Assembly (NCBI GenBank): GCA_965649765.1 | Contig: OZ287758.1 | Coordinates: 36,022,001-36,086,000, forward strand | Reading direction: 5' to 3' | DNA from: Bispira polyomma | Lineage: Eukaryota | DNA length: 64,000 bases | In this document: piece after piece, positions 10,119 to 24,500 of the stretch | Layout of the letters: every line of letters starts with the position of its first letter | Numbering within the stretch: the first letter of the stretch is position 1 | Position numbers and translations under genes: made by a program | The notes under the pieces: model-generated | Database searches by the model: none | What the model was told of the DNA's origin: nothing | Seen by the model: the letters and a program-made list of their open reading frames with translations, nothing else

Positions 10119-13100
10119 TATTTCTCCACGATAATCAAATGTTAGCCATAAAGGTAAGGCTAACATTGAACCCTGGTTGCCAGGGGTAAGTGCTAGATGG
10201 TTTATATAAAATATCTGGAATTAGTTCCAAATTAATTGAGGCTTTTATCTGACAAAACATAAGTCTTAAGCAAGACTATGATAGAACCCCAGTTGGCAGG
10301 TAAGTTATAGATAGGTTATGTGTGGGAAGTGTTTCTCCTATCTCTGTAGATATAATATATCAAGGGTGGATGAGGAAGTAGTTACTAAGCACTTGTTATT
10401 GATGGCCTAGAAGTGATCAGTCTTGTGTAATATATAGTTTAGTGGTACATTCCCTTGTACCTCATCTATTCAATGAGATGGGCGGACATCCTCTCTATAT
10501 GGTACAAATTATCATAGTGTTGTTTTATTATTCTATTTGAACCTCCCCTTAAATCGAATCTCAAGGGAACAGGGAGGAATAGCTCTACTTAAGCAGGATT
10601 TCCTCCTAAATGGGTACACAGTTTGATAGAATATGTACCTTTTGGGACCTTACTTAAAGATGGTTTTTGACTGTATTATCATTTCAAATATAGTTCTGTC
10701 ATTTTACAGTTTTTAGTGACAATAACCATTCCCAAACCATACCTTGTCTTATAGGCATTACAATTTACAAAGAGCATGCATATGTTTGCTCGCAGATTTT
10801 AAACATATCTGTTGGGGGACTCAGGAATCATGGAGAATTTTAGTCCAAAAGTAAAAATACAAGTCTAAAACACTTCAATACACTGATAACAAACCCAAAC
10901 AATCTAGAGCAGTTACCTCAGTGTTCTTAGAGATACACTGTTAGTTTAATTGTGTTGAAGTTTTAACTACAAAGGGTCCATTGAAAAAGATCATATGAGA
11001 TTATTGGAAGTTAGAAGTTTGAGAGAAGATTAAACAAAAACAAATTTTCTCCATGGCTTATTGCCTGTTAATGAAACCTACAGCTAATGATATAGAGAAC
11101 ACTGCTTGTGTAACCCATGCAATCAATTAATATTAAGATAGTGGACATGATAATCTGACAATTGCCAGTTTACTGTGTAAAGTGTAAATTATTTTAGTGG
11201 GCAATTAATTTGAGCTATTATAGCTAATGAGTTTTGTTAGTGTCCATTAATTCCTAGCCAAAAAAAAAAAAACAAAAAAAAAAAAAATTAAGTTGACAGT
11301 TTTAACTAAACAAAATACCATTGGTGAAAATTAATAGCATTGAACTTTAAATTAGTAAAATTTTCTTCCAGCCTAAATTACTACATAAATAGAGTATATA
11401 TACATGTTAATTAACTTCCCCTTGTGGCTGATATCCACTTTTGTAACTCATATATGGTGGTATTTACCTCCAATTTCCCCACTAGTTTATTGATTGTGAA
11501 GTAGGACAACAAGTCAAACCTTCTCAGCCTTGTCTGCCAGCTGCAAATTTAAAGGAAATGGTTTTTGGCAAGCTGTGACGTCATCATTAGTGTTGAGATG
11601 GAAGGTCACAAACCCCAAATACACATTACACAGACTGCATCTAAGAGCCTTTCCAAGGCGCAAAAATAGAAAAAAAATTAATAGGAAGTCAAGTAAAATA
11701 CCAACACATTTGGTTGTTGACTTTTGCTTATGGTAGCCGCTCTCTGTCGGTAAAAGCTGCACATCAGTAAAACACGGTTGTTTTAGCGACAGAGAACTAG
11801 GTCTACCATTTAGCAAACATGTGTATTCTTAACATTGAATCGTACAACCGTACAGTGATCCTTGTTAAATGACCTTGTACTTTTGGCATAAGTTATCATT
11901 GACATTGTGAATGTACCCTTAACTCTACCTTCAATAAAACCACACACAAACCATAGATATTTATGCAGATAGCAAAATTTGTCTCAATTGAGGGCTATTT
12001 GTCCATGACAACACTAACAAATTAGCAATTGTTGCTAATCTTTGCAATCCACTGGTTGCTCCATGGGACTTCTTTCTATGTGTGACCTAGGCATCATATT
12101 AGCACTATATTCCCTTACCCAAAAACATCACCATAATAAGAAGATTATATTTTAAACTTAAAATTTTATGGCAGTAAAAAAGTCAGAAAAATCACTTGAT
12201 AAAATGGTTCGGAGTGGTACCGACATAAGACATATGGGACCAAGTTGACTTTTAAAAACCATCCGACAGAATTCTTTAAGAAACGTTATAGCAAATAGAA
12301 ATACAATTGGTGGTATTTTAGTTTTAGCCAAGTACACTTACAAACTAACTTATTTATATTCTTAATAAAACCTTCTTCCATCAATTATAAGTTACCTCCA
12401 TACTAACATTCTTATATTAACATAACATTGTAATTTATAACCACAATAAAGAGGTCTGTTGTAGTATGTTCAGTCTTATCAAAGCCTATTTACATTAGTT
12501 AAAGATAGCCTATTTTAATCCAACCACGTTAAACCTTAGAAAAGATTTCTCCTCTCCACATATGTATAAAACCACAGATTTGCGCCTATGAAAGATTAGC
12601 ACGCAGAATTAAAAAAGATTCTTTCGCCTAAGTTTGTTCCCTGTAAACTCAACATGACACTGTGCTCATTTCGCCGCTGACAAAACACGACCTGCCTTAA
12701 TTGGAATCAATAAAACCTAAGACAGTTTGAGGGATGGTTTTGGTTAACAGGGTGGGTCACTATCCGACCTGTATGGGGCATCACATACCAACAGCTTATA
12801 CCAAGGTGAGAGTCTGGGTGTTTAACTTTAAAGAACACTTCGAACGCTATCGTTAAAAAATGTGAATTAGATTTAGTTATTGCACACGTTTGACAAAGTA
12901 ATGCTAACCTTTTAAAGGCCACAGAATAAAAATGTATCTATTTGCTTGGCAAGCTATGGTTAAGAAAATTTCATTATTTGTGGGTATTGCACACATTTGA
13001 TAATGTAATGCAAACTAAAGGTAAATTCAGTTCATTAAAGAGTGTATGCTTTGAAATGCTATTGTTATGTAATGCTACCTTTTAAAAGTAATTCCAGGCC

Positions 13101-14489
13101 ACAGAATAAATCTATGTATTTGCTTGGAAATATAAAGAACAGCAGCAAAACCTTTAATTAAGACATCACAATGCAAATCTGAAAGCTTAGAAGCACAGAG
13201 TTAGTACCATAAAGAATTAACTTCAAATTCGTATTTATAAATTATCGAACAGAACATAGTTTAAGCCTCATATTTTATGTTAGCTACAACTTTTATTAAC
13301 TTTCTACTTGAAATATTACATAAAACTGGGACTAAAACCTGGGAAATACTACATGATATGGTTCATTGTATCACCTAGCCCGTATCAGCCAAATATAGAT
13401 ATATAAATCTGACCTCATATTTCAATTTACTGTTGACTGCACTATTGAAATGAAAGACTTGAATGGTCACAAGTACAGGTTATTTCCACCTACAAGGATT
13501 TCCACATAGCCCATATTTGAGTTGAGTATGAGTTTAAGCATGAGTTTACCAGCCCATAATTTACATCAATATCAGTACCATGTGTATATGCCATCACAAT
13601 TAGTAGCTTAGTTAGAAATAATTTACCCAACCATACACAAAAATACGGACAAGAAGCCATTTTTTCTCAAGTAGTTTATTTAAAAACAGACACAATGCTA
13701 TTTGGACAGGATCACTCACACTAAAATGTGCAACAGTTACTTCTAAATAACATGTAGACTGTAGACTGTAGACCATTCATCTTTAATTTATTCTCATAAT
13801 GTTTAACTTGAATAGGAAACACATGTGTTATTAGTCTGGGTCATTCACTTCATTCCCAGAATGTGGAACGTCAACAAACAGGCCTTTGATAGTTTACTTC
13901 AACAAAATAGAGGTTAGTCCACATATTTGGATAAAATGTGATAAAAGGTGTTTGCAAAACTGAGGTCATCGATTAAAGATTCTGATCTAAACAGTGTAAT
14001 AATTTTTTAGTGATGCTTGTTTAAGTCAACTAGCAAAAATATTAAGGTATAAGTCCTCAACTTGGAAGTACCAAATGGATTTTGCATAAGAAAAACATTC
14101 AATTTCTGGATAAAGTCCCTTTTTACACCAATGGGATGTGTGTGTACCATTACTTTTATATGACAGGTTGGGACTAATGTCCTCTAGGTTTGTTTTACTC
14201 AGTCCATTTATCACACAAGGTAGCTGTTTTAGTTATTACGTAATTTTTTTTCCACACCTGCGCCAGTGTCACTACCATTAAAAGTGAAATTATACTCAAA
14301 TGCTCATTCACACAGCTGCGAAATGCTATGTTAAAAAAATGTTTTTGTATCATGGAGAATCATGCTACAATGAGAATATATGTTTTCAAATGACCTGCCC
14401 AGACTATTTATATTCATGCTCCAGTATCACCACCTATTCAAAAAAGCTACTATAACTACCTATGCAGGGTTATTTTTCACCTGGGTAGT

Positions 14490-14952
14490 CTCACAGACGT
14501 CACTCCTTATCTGAAAACAAACTACACTGACTGCCCATTCACTCTATAATTGGGTTCAAAATCCATGTTACCACTTTTAAATCTGTAGTCACTCTACAGC
14601 CCTCCTACCTCGCTTTCCTTCTCTCTTTCAGTAACCTAAACAGAGGCTACTGACTCTCTGATTCTTTGGTCAGACCCACCAGGATTCGGAATCCAGAGCT
14701 TTCTCTACTGCAGTTTCCTTGGTATGGAATAGTCTCCCTGTTGACCTCAGATCAGTACATACACTCATCGGTTTAGGAAAAAGCTCAAAACCTATCTTTT
14801 TAACCTTGCCTACCCACCTTATTTTCCATCCAGTACACCCCCACATCTTTTCTTACAACCTTGCTATGTCCATGGAGTTTACGATTGGATCACTGATTCT
14901 ACTGTTGTACTTTCGATGATGCCTAGCATCAACTAAGCATAATAATAATAAT
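14490..14952 (+). mobile_element. L2/CR1-group LINE 3' fragment
   Basis: Decayed ORF2 C-terminus (LH.LPI...FKI...P.YL; RAFS.A...WNSLP..LR), 3' UTR and (AAT)n tail. Same family at 31955, 47068, 55612 and 58790. Confidence 0.8.
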
Positions 14953-15031
14953 AGTAAAGGCTCACTCACACAACTGCGAAATGCTATGTTCACAAGTTTC
15001 TTGTTTCATGTAGGAATAAATGCTACCAAGA

Positions 15032-15035
<4 letters not shown>

Positions 15036-15069
<34 letters not shown>
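15036..15069. repeat. (TA)n microsatellite
   Basis: Direct reading. Confidence 0.95.
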
Positions 15070-15072
<3 letters not shown>

Positions 15073-16040
15073 AAATAAACTATTTAGGATATGCTAAAAT
15101 ATCTTACATAATAAGGTATGGAAAGATGATTGAAATATATTAAAGCAATATGAAAAATGACTGTCGTAGCCAAGTATTTTGGATAACAAGTCAATATGGT
15201 TTGAAATTCACAGGAAATCTACTGAATACCTGCCATTCATCCTAGTACATCTTTGTCGGGTACTTGCTGTCTAACTAGTGGTTTATAATTCTTCATCACT
15301 GGTTTCCCCTTCCACTATTAAATATGGTCTTCACAATATGACCCCAGCTATTGCAGGCAACGTTAAATTCAAATTATATCTTTAAGTGGCAGTAATGTTT
15401 TACCCCTTAACCCTTTCGAGCCAAGACGAATCCATGAAATGTTTGAGCATTTTGGGACAGAAGGTCAGATCGAGGCATTTCGTTTTTTAAATTTTGGATC
15501 ATATGACGCCTTGGCGAGGGTATGTACACTTTTGAGTGCCTTATTCTGGTCTTTGGTAAATACTCAGGCCTCATTTATCTTGCCCCTTTCTCCCTGACCA
15601 AGTTAACCAAGTCAAGTTAACCAGCATTGGTCTATTAAGAAGGTCACACTGTTATGTGCCCATGTGGCCATCAACCCTTCTCACTTTGATTAAAAAACTG
15701 ACAAACTCCCCTCTTCTCCTTAATGTAAAGCCAATTTGCTGTAGTATCGCCCTGCATGGGCAAAACAGAACACCCCCCCCCCCAAAAAAAAAAAAAAAAA
15801 AATCTGAGTCCATTTGTTCTCTCAATTCTCCATAGACAATGAAACATGGTTGTTTTAGTGTCATGGATCTGCTTTAACACCCATCTCTAATTGAAGTTTG
15901 AGTCTTTTTTTTTACTCACCAGTCTTGTTAATAGTCTGTGGCAGCACACCTGTTAGCCTGTGACTGGTTCAGTTAGCCTGTGACTGGTTCAATTGTGTCT
16001 AACCAGCCTTGATAAAGCCTCACATTTATGTGTTCTACAT

Positions 16041-16160
16041 TGGTGTGGCCTAGTGGTCAGGAAGGTTGTCTGGTGGTCAGAATGGTCCAGTTCGACTTCC
16101 ATTTACACTATAATGGCTGCTGGCGTAAGATGTGAACACACAATCGTCATTGATGGCAAC
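16041..16160 (+). mobile_element. tRNA-derived SINE family B
   Basis: ggtgtggcctagtggtcag...gttcgac head and agatgtgaacac body. Antisense relatives at ~38470-38595, 61235-61350 and 63050-63170. Confidence 0.55.
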
Positions 16161-17199
16161 ACAGGGGCTATGAACGTAAACACAAAACTGCGCTGCCGAG
16201 ATATTATGCTACATTTACGAATATTCATTTTAGAGTATATACCTAATACAGCAGCCATAAAATATCTCTTTGGTCACAGTTTTAACCATTTCCATTTGCA
16301 AAAAATATTTAAAACTTCAAAATTTCATTGCAAAAAATGATTAAAACAGTAGTATAGCGAATCATGTATTGTGACGTCACACAATTGAAAATCTATGGTA
16401 GAGTATCATGTTTGTAAACAAATCTTAGAGAGAAGGCTTTCTATTGTGACATAATACGGGTATTGAACGAGCATATATGATGATATTATATACACTACCC
16501 CATTATAGAAAACCTGTATATTATTTTGTGATTTGCTTTTTCGAATATCTTTCCTTATTTTATAAAAACCAAGAATACAAAAGACATTGATGTTTACATG
16601 GAAGTATTTTAAATGGTTTTCAAAAATGATCTATGTTTGTGTGTTTAATTAAAAAACAAAATCATTCAAAATCATGCTGAAGGGTTTTTTTGTAGTGATG
16701 TATAATATTTCAATATTGATTCTACTTTGTGTGTGAATTGTGTCACGTTTGTGAAGCACGTTCTTTAAAAAATATGAAACATTTTTGATACAATTTTACG
16801 CATTGTTACATGTATTTTATGTCAAAAAATGCATATTAAGATGCCACTTGAAATGTATTAATCAGCACACAATTAAAATATATGTCTTTCTTTTTTGATT
16901 TCTACTCTTAAAATGTAAATATGTTTCGCATGAATTGAGTTTAAGGTCACAAAAGTGAAGTAGTAAAGTCCAAAAGAAGTTCTTTCACACGAAATATTAC
17001 ACATCGGTGATTGATTTAGGTATTTATGATCATAGCCCCTCAACTGGTCTTTCCGCTTATTTTAAAATCGACTGTTCCATTTGGGGGAAATGTACCTCCC
17101 TGAAACTTGTTTAGATACAATTCACAGACTGAAACAGATGGTTAATGGTGATATGGAATTACTCGGAAATAGTTGGAAACTGGTGGAATGGTTAGCCAA

Positions 17200-17800
17200 C
17201 GCTTCATTTTAGCACATTCCAAATTCGGCTGATTTGTGTGTGTCCGATTAGATCCAACGTCGGCCAATGTGCTTCCTTAGAGCAGAAAAAAAAACTAAAA
17301 TTTCGTCGGATGTTCATGTTAAACATGGCTTATTTTATTGTGATTACAGTGCTTTCCACCAAAATTCGTTGAGAAACGCCTGAGATATATACAGTTATGT
17401 AAGGACACCCATTTTTACTTCCTGGTGTGTAAGCTATTATGTAGCTACAAAACTGACGTCATTTTGATGTTATGTGACAAATTATTTACACTAAAAGGAG
17501 GTATCCATCTATCAACTTAAATATCCGAGCCGTTTCTTACCCGATTTTGGTGGGGGAAAGCACAGTAATCCCAATAAAATAACCTTTCTCATGCCATTTT
17601 CAACATCAATATCTGACGAATATTGAGTATGTATGGGATGAAAACTATACCTGTAATAGCATTTTTGCAGACATTGTTGTTTCAAAATCAGTCAGTCTTC
17701 CCGATTTTTTCGCTCCCTGACAGGTAAAATCTGTTATCCAAACAGACTCCAGGCGACGTCAGATTGGATCTGATGTAAATATGCTAAAAAGAAGCGCTTA
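17200..17800. mobile_element. Foldback / long-TIR non-autonomous DNA transposon relic
   Basis: Inverted arms, e.g. gcttcattttagcacatt (~17201) against aatatgctaaaaagaagc (~17780), and ttattttattgtgattacagtgctttcc (~17330) against ggaaagcacagtaatcccaataaaataa (~17555). Confidence 0.7.
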
Positions 17801-19129
17801 GTTATATTATGTAGTAAGCAAAGAAATCGGCCAAAGTCGGCCAAGAAAGACATGCTGAAAGGAAGCGTAGGCTTTCTTGTGATGCAAGGCTATTTTCTTA
17901 TGTCTGTGACTGCATGTACATACCGTCATAGTGTGAACTTCACATTAATTTTGGTGCAAAAATAAGCCTTTTAGTGCCTAGCAGATAAATATAGACTTTA
18001 TGGTAAAGCTGTAAAATTCTAACCAATCAGTATAATATACTATATTAAGCTTCTGGAGTCTTGGGAAGACTAACTATTGAGTAAGAGTTTTCTATCTGTG
18101 TTGATGGGAGTGTTATGGAGATGGTGAGAAAGTTATGGAAGAACTTCTGGGCTACAGATCACCAGGTCAATGTACCACAGAGATAAAAAAGAGACACATA
18201 CTGGGTTTTAGTGTACTATGTACACAGTCAATGTATGGGTAAGAAGTATGGTCTTCTACAGTGTGGGAAATAATACCACAAGATTTCTAACTTCAGACAT
18301 TTGACGAAATTATCTCAAAAAATCTCAAACTCACCAATTTTGTCTCTAACAAAGGAAAGATATCTAAAGTCTGACTGCATATTTAAAATTCAGTGTTGAC
18401 AGCTCTATTAAAATGAATGGTCACAAGTATAGGTTATTTCCATAGACGTAAATTTTATATACCCATCACTTAAGTTAAGTACGAGTTTGTGGAAACTGTA
18501 GGCAGTTAAAAATAAACAAGGACTAGATATATATCCTTGGTGTGATCACATAGTGACATATGCATCATTTATCACGATTTAAATAGAATTGTAGAAGCAG
18601 TAGCAGACATATGAATCACTGATGATGGTTGTGTAAAATGTAATGCATCTGTTTGTTTGCTGCCTAATACACAGTAAACAGTATCCAAGAGACACAACCA
18701 GAGCCATACTCAAGAAACTCAAGCCAAAAAGTCCCAGGACATAAAATATGTAACCTTTCTTAAATGATATTGTTTAATACTGTTGTAATCTTTTTATGAT
18801 TGGTTAGATATTTTCTATTTAAAGGAATAACTTTTCAATATATCAGCATGTATGTTCACTGTCCTGTTCTGTACCTCTGGAATAAGGAAGCCTGTTGGAA
18901 TATTTGTCCTATTCATTTTAAGCTGAGACTGATGGTCCCATTGTAACTGGCTTTATTGGTCACTACTGTATCTGTCGGCAACAGGATCGTACCCAGGTGT
19001 TCCGTGTTGCACTGCCAGTCTAAAGAAAGCTAGACTGCATAAGTTACATGTCAGCAATATGTTAAGATGGTTTTAATTGTGAGTTAATTTGTTAAAATAA
19101 AGGTAAAAGAAACTATGTATTTAAGGGAT

Positions 19130-19535
19130 AAGAAGTAAATACTTACATATAAGACTTTTATTTAAAGGTTAAAGCTTGTAGGTGCATCTTATACCTAAAG
19201 GTTAATACAGGTAACACTTATATTTAAAGGTTACTACTTACAGGGAACACTTATATTTAAAGTTAAAACTTATGGGTAACATCTATATTTAAGAGTTAAT
19301 ATGTATTGGTAACATCTATATTTAAAGGTTAATACTTATTGGTAACACCTATATTAAAAAAGTTAATGCCTATAGGTGTCACTTGTCCTTAAAGATTAAT
19401 ACTTATATGTAACACTTATATTTAAAGGCTAATGCTTGTTAATATAACTTGTACTTAAAGGGTAATATTTACAGGTAACACCTATGTTTAAAGTTTTATA
19501 TTTACAGTTAACACCTGTACCTAAAAGTTAATACT
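19130..19535. repeat. Minisatellite, ~33-bp unit (taacacttatatttaaaggttaatacttatagg-like), about 12 copies
   Basis: Periodic recurrence of taaagg/ttaat/taacac. Confidence 0.85.
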
Positions 19536-21380
19536 ACTTATCTGTTTAAAATAGAGGCCTAAAGTAACGTCAAAATGTTGTAAGTATCATTTATATTATA
19601 GTTTTCAACAACAATCCTTGATTTGTCATCCACCCAGATTTACTCCAAACTTTAATGCGTTCTTCCCTGGCCCATCCCTCCACTAAATTTCATGTGAATC
19701 GGTTCAGTGGTTTTGTTTAATCATCTTGACAAACAAACAAACCACCCAACATAAACAGTAGCGGTAATAAGTAAATGTATTAGATCTAACCAGAAGCCTA
19801 TCCATCCTTATCCAATGTTAGCCTTTACCAGGTATGGGTAACCTTGGGGGTCACACTTGATAGTCTCAGGGACATGAACACACACTTCACACATCTATTG
19901 CTTGCCCTAAACACCTGAGTTTATCTGGGGCCAAAGTCAAAACAGCTTAATTGGCTCATTAAGTGCAGTCATCCATCACTTATAATCTGAACACTTAGGC
20001 TGCCAGAGTAATCACTGGATGGTTGAATTTCGTGAGATTTAATTCAGCCTTAATTTGTCAAACTTTACTCTACCTTTATATTTAATAATAATTGTCACAA
20101 TTAAATATTATGTCTTATATTTAATCATGTGAAAATGGCATATTAATTTGTAGCTATGTGTTGTCATTTGATCCTCTATATATTTACATAAACACACATT
20201 TAAAGACCTACTTTAGAATGTAATCCTAGTTAAAGTCCAGTTCCTATGATAAAACAGGAGCATTATTACTGCAGTGAAAATGGCCAATATTTGTTGTAAA
20301 CCTCTGATATTTGCTTGAGTTCTTTGGGGGCTTTGAAAAAGGCAATAATTTCCAAGCATCTGATTTGTTTGATCTGGAATACTGCAATACCAGAGCTTTG
20401 AATATTTTTCTGACTTTCTCAACAACTTGGTGTTTGTCAGTTACACAGCAACACACTCTATTTGACAGGGACAGGATTCTCAAAAAAAAACAACAAAAAA
20501 ACTTAAACTCAACCCAGATTCAATATCAACTTTAATATATCTTGCTTTCTCAGGCTAGGGTAAAGTAATATAGAATATGACTTCATATTTAAATTTAGCG
20601 CCGAAAGCTCTCCTAAAATCAATGGTTACAAGTATAGGTTATAATATCCCTTTGGAGGAACTCTCACATATCAATTGTTTAAGTTGAGAGTGATGTTTTC
20701 TGAGAACACATGGCCAGAGAATCCTCTGCCAAAATATTTACTACATTGAGAGAGAGTTACACACAGTTTTTACGGTCCACTCGTTTGTGTCAGACCATGA
20801 ATAAAATGGTTCCACTTGGTATAAACCATGTAATCGGGGAGAAAGTCTAAAGTCATCACTTCAGTCATCACGTGATGTTTACGTTTTTTAGGAATTAAAT
20901 GTTGTAAACAGTACCAGATCTACTCAGTTATTGAAGCCAATCAAATGTTACAGCTTTGAAAATTAATGCCTTGACTCTGCTTGGAAAATGTTGTACAAAG
21001 TATAAATTATACTGTGGCATAGAAAAGGCCAAATAACTAAGCCATAATCCAATAGTACATCAATACCCTATGTCTCTTCGTTTTGCGGTACTATTTTTGT
21101 ACGGCCACCAATGTCATATATTTTATCAAGAAATACATTATTATACTAATGGTGTATACAAATATATATTTCTGTATTTTTTTAAGTTTGTGATTTCGGT
21201 ACAATACTGGTATGGGTACCCCTGTCATGCAAGTGTATTTCTGTACTCTAAACCTTGTATTGACTATACTAACCAATTTATTCCTGTGCTAAAATAAATG
21301 ATGGTGTACAAAAGTGCATTACTGTATTTTAACCTTTCGATTGAGTACACTAATCATTGTATACCTATATGTGTTTACAG

Positions 21381-21518
21381 TGCAGTGCTGGTGTTGGCAC
21401 TAATGTGATGTACAGAAGGCTCTATGAAGCACCCACCAAACTGCTGGTCCTTGGTGCTGGTTGTTCTGCCGTCTCCCAGGCAACGGCTCAAGCGTCACAC
21501 CTCTGGAACCTGGTACAG
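21381..21518 (+). CDS. GABA-B-like exon (VFT) CSAGVG...GCSAVS...WNLVQ
   Basis: tttacag| ... |gtaagc, 138 nt, phase 0/0. Confidence 0.9.
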
Positions 21519-24500
21519 GTAAGCGGTCTCTTGTAGTGTAATCCCAGTGCAAAAGTGAAAACAAACTTACCAACCAAACAGATTTTTAAATCTCAGACTA
21601 ATATATTAAACAGCTGACTAATAGTTCAGAAGACCTTACATTCACAATTATTTCTGAATTATGTCTTGATGTACTAAAACAAATTTAAACCCCGACTGCA
21701 TATTTTAGTTTCTTATTGTCTTAGGGTTACTGCCATTAAAGAAGTTCAGCTATTTCTGGTATTTAACGATAAAGATGATATTAAGGCCTTTGATCAATAT
21801 GGGGCTTGGTCATTAATGGTTTTTGTACCATAATTCAGTTCCACTGATAAGATTAAGACAAGGCACTGATACCAGGGAAGTAATACATCATAAATAGTAA
21901 CCAGCTCAGAAGGCCACCACACATCAGTGCTTGATTTGACCACTGAAGATAACCACTATGTTTACTTCACTGAATTTCGCCTGGTTCTCTCTAATCTAAA
22001 CCAATTGTTCCCTCCACACAATACACTCCAGTAATACTTTGTAATAACACAAATTACTAGTTTCCTCCCCTGTGATCCTCCTATGATCTCTAACACAAGC
22101 TTGAAGAAGTCCAGAGCCTTTCTAACTTGCAGAAACTAGGGTGCCTTTTACAACCCCTTTGCCACCAAGGGAGCAGTATTCCACTACACTGAGAGAAATT
22201 CCAGTCTAAGTGGGGAACTAGACCTATCCGTGGTCACCTGTATCTGTGTACATATCCATATAATCATTCAAGAAAGGTAACCATATATTTAACCATTGAA
22301 AAGCAGTCATAATTATTTTACGCCACACCTGCCAGCAGCCGTAGCAAAAGCTTCCAAACCCTTTTTTAATGGATGAGCACAGGAATGACACAAATCCATT
22401 GTGCTTGCTTGTTATATGGATTAAACAAATAGGTACCTTCTGCGAATATTTTTATGTATATTTGTACATGGGTGACCACGGATAGGTCTAGTTCCGAACT
22501 AACTAGTTGTAGATAGCTTGAGTCACTAAAACACATATCGTAGGCAACCTCCGACATTTCGAAATGGCCTGCTATATAATATATTTTTAAACCAACAATT
22601 TTGCAAGTGCCAACATGCTGCTTTTGTCTGATAATAAAGGAAAGTTAAATGTTAATATAGAGGTGTCGACGGCTTGCTCACAGACATGATACTGGCGAAT
22701 GCACTTTTTTGTCGACTGCTAGTTGACAGACATGGTCGAGATATTATCTATAAGCACAAGGTGCAATAATTAAAACAAACCGTTTCCGGACCCTGGATTT
22801 GCCAAATGTCTTAAACTTTAACACACAATAATTTGTATTGACAAAATTAGGCATACCTGCCAGTTCACTATGTGGTCCCTCTTGAAGTGACATCATAACA
22901 CAACCTTGATTTGACCTATTCATTCGTGGTCACCCTGACTTGAGTGTTGAGATATAACAAGTGTAGCTAAATGTGTGTTCAAACAAACTAGTTTGGTCAG
23001 TTTTATCTATTATAGTGCTGATAGGATGTCACTGTTTTGTATTTGTTTGAAACTAACAAGTGAATGAGTTCAGACATGTTGTACGTAATAACTGCCTTTT
23101 TTTAAAGTCTGTGTTTAGCGATACTGCTGTTTGAATTAACCTATATACAGCGGAGTAATATCTTATATGTAACTTGTTTATTACACTGTTTTATTTTAAT
23201 AGGTCTGTTGTATTGGCTTGACTTTTTTCTTTTTTGCTAGTCCTGTCTGAAATTCCCTGTTGGAATTACTAAAAATAAAAAAAATAAATTATTTTCATAT
23301 ACATGTATGTTATGTGTGCACAATCATTTACTAAGGTGTACATATTAAAAACCTTCTGGCCTTTTGGTCAAGTCTCACCTACCTCAACGGCTACATTTGA
23401 CCTTCTGTGACCTTCGGGTCACATTCCACTTAGCAAAATATTAATTTACTTCTACCCTTTCAAGTTTGTCATTATAATACAATGTTGACCACAATTTTTG
23501 TGAACTTCCCCAGTAGCAGCTAGAAAAGAAAGCTAGTCAAGCATTTGCCGTAGGCCGATTGTTTACAGTGGCTTCAGCACAGGTTTCTTCCACCATTAAA
23601 TCTGGCCCTCGTGATATATCTATAGCTGTTGCAAGCGACATAAAATCCAACTAAATTCTATTAAAAAGAACGGTAGCATGTCTAGGTTATTGTCGCTAGT
23701 ATCATTTGACCCTGGTGCTGGTGAGATGACCTTTAATAAAGATGTGCATTTAAGAAATGTTTTATTTAGCTAAAAAGCTTTAAAACCAAGTTTAATGTAA
23801 AAATAATTCAATTACATGGGCAAACCATGAGAACCGTCAACATTGGTTCATTAAACTAAGTTGTAATTAGAGTCAAAATAATTATAGAACACTATGGGCA
23901 TTAGCCTTACATTCAAATAGAACCCTTCTCAAACTTGGCATAGTTTTGTTTCAGTGTATGAAAATGATTTTCTATGAAAATGGGCTGGTGGGCTGGATAT
24001 TTTGTTTGATTTAGTGAATTTTTTCTAATAAGGTCAACAATACAAAAGCCGGCAAGAGGCCCATCATTTAGAGCAGTTCATAGACTGATGCTTGACCTTT
24101 TTTCTGTCCCTGGATATTGGTTGTGGGTAATATGTAAAAATTGTGCCACTGAATAGCCATATCTGTTCTATCTGCAGTGACACACATGATTGCAACATCA
24201 TCAGACCTTTGATCAATTCGATCCAAGGAGCTAACTGTAACACTTCAGGGGGTGTAAATTACCTCCATTTGTCAATATTCCCACTAAAAAAGGCCATACA
24301 TGTGCACCATTTATTGTCAAGTTAAATGTCATATTTGACAACAAAAGAACATCCTTCATTTAACCAATGAAATCTAGGCTGTTTTAAAAAAGAAAAAAAA
24401 AAACATGCCAAGTGCAATTCCTTGAAAAGTGTAAGTTTCAGCCAATCACTTTCTGACAAATGAGCCATACCATTTTTTGGAATGAAAAAGGTCCTGCTCT

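Noticed and set aside
19130-19535. Regularly spaced ~33-bp repeats resembling a CRISPR array
   Set aside because: Head-to-tail degenerate units without unique spacers, in eukaryotic DNA with no cas genes; a minisatellite.
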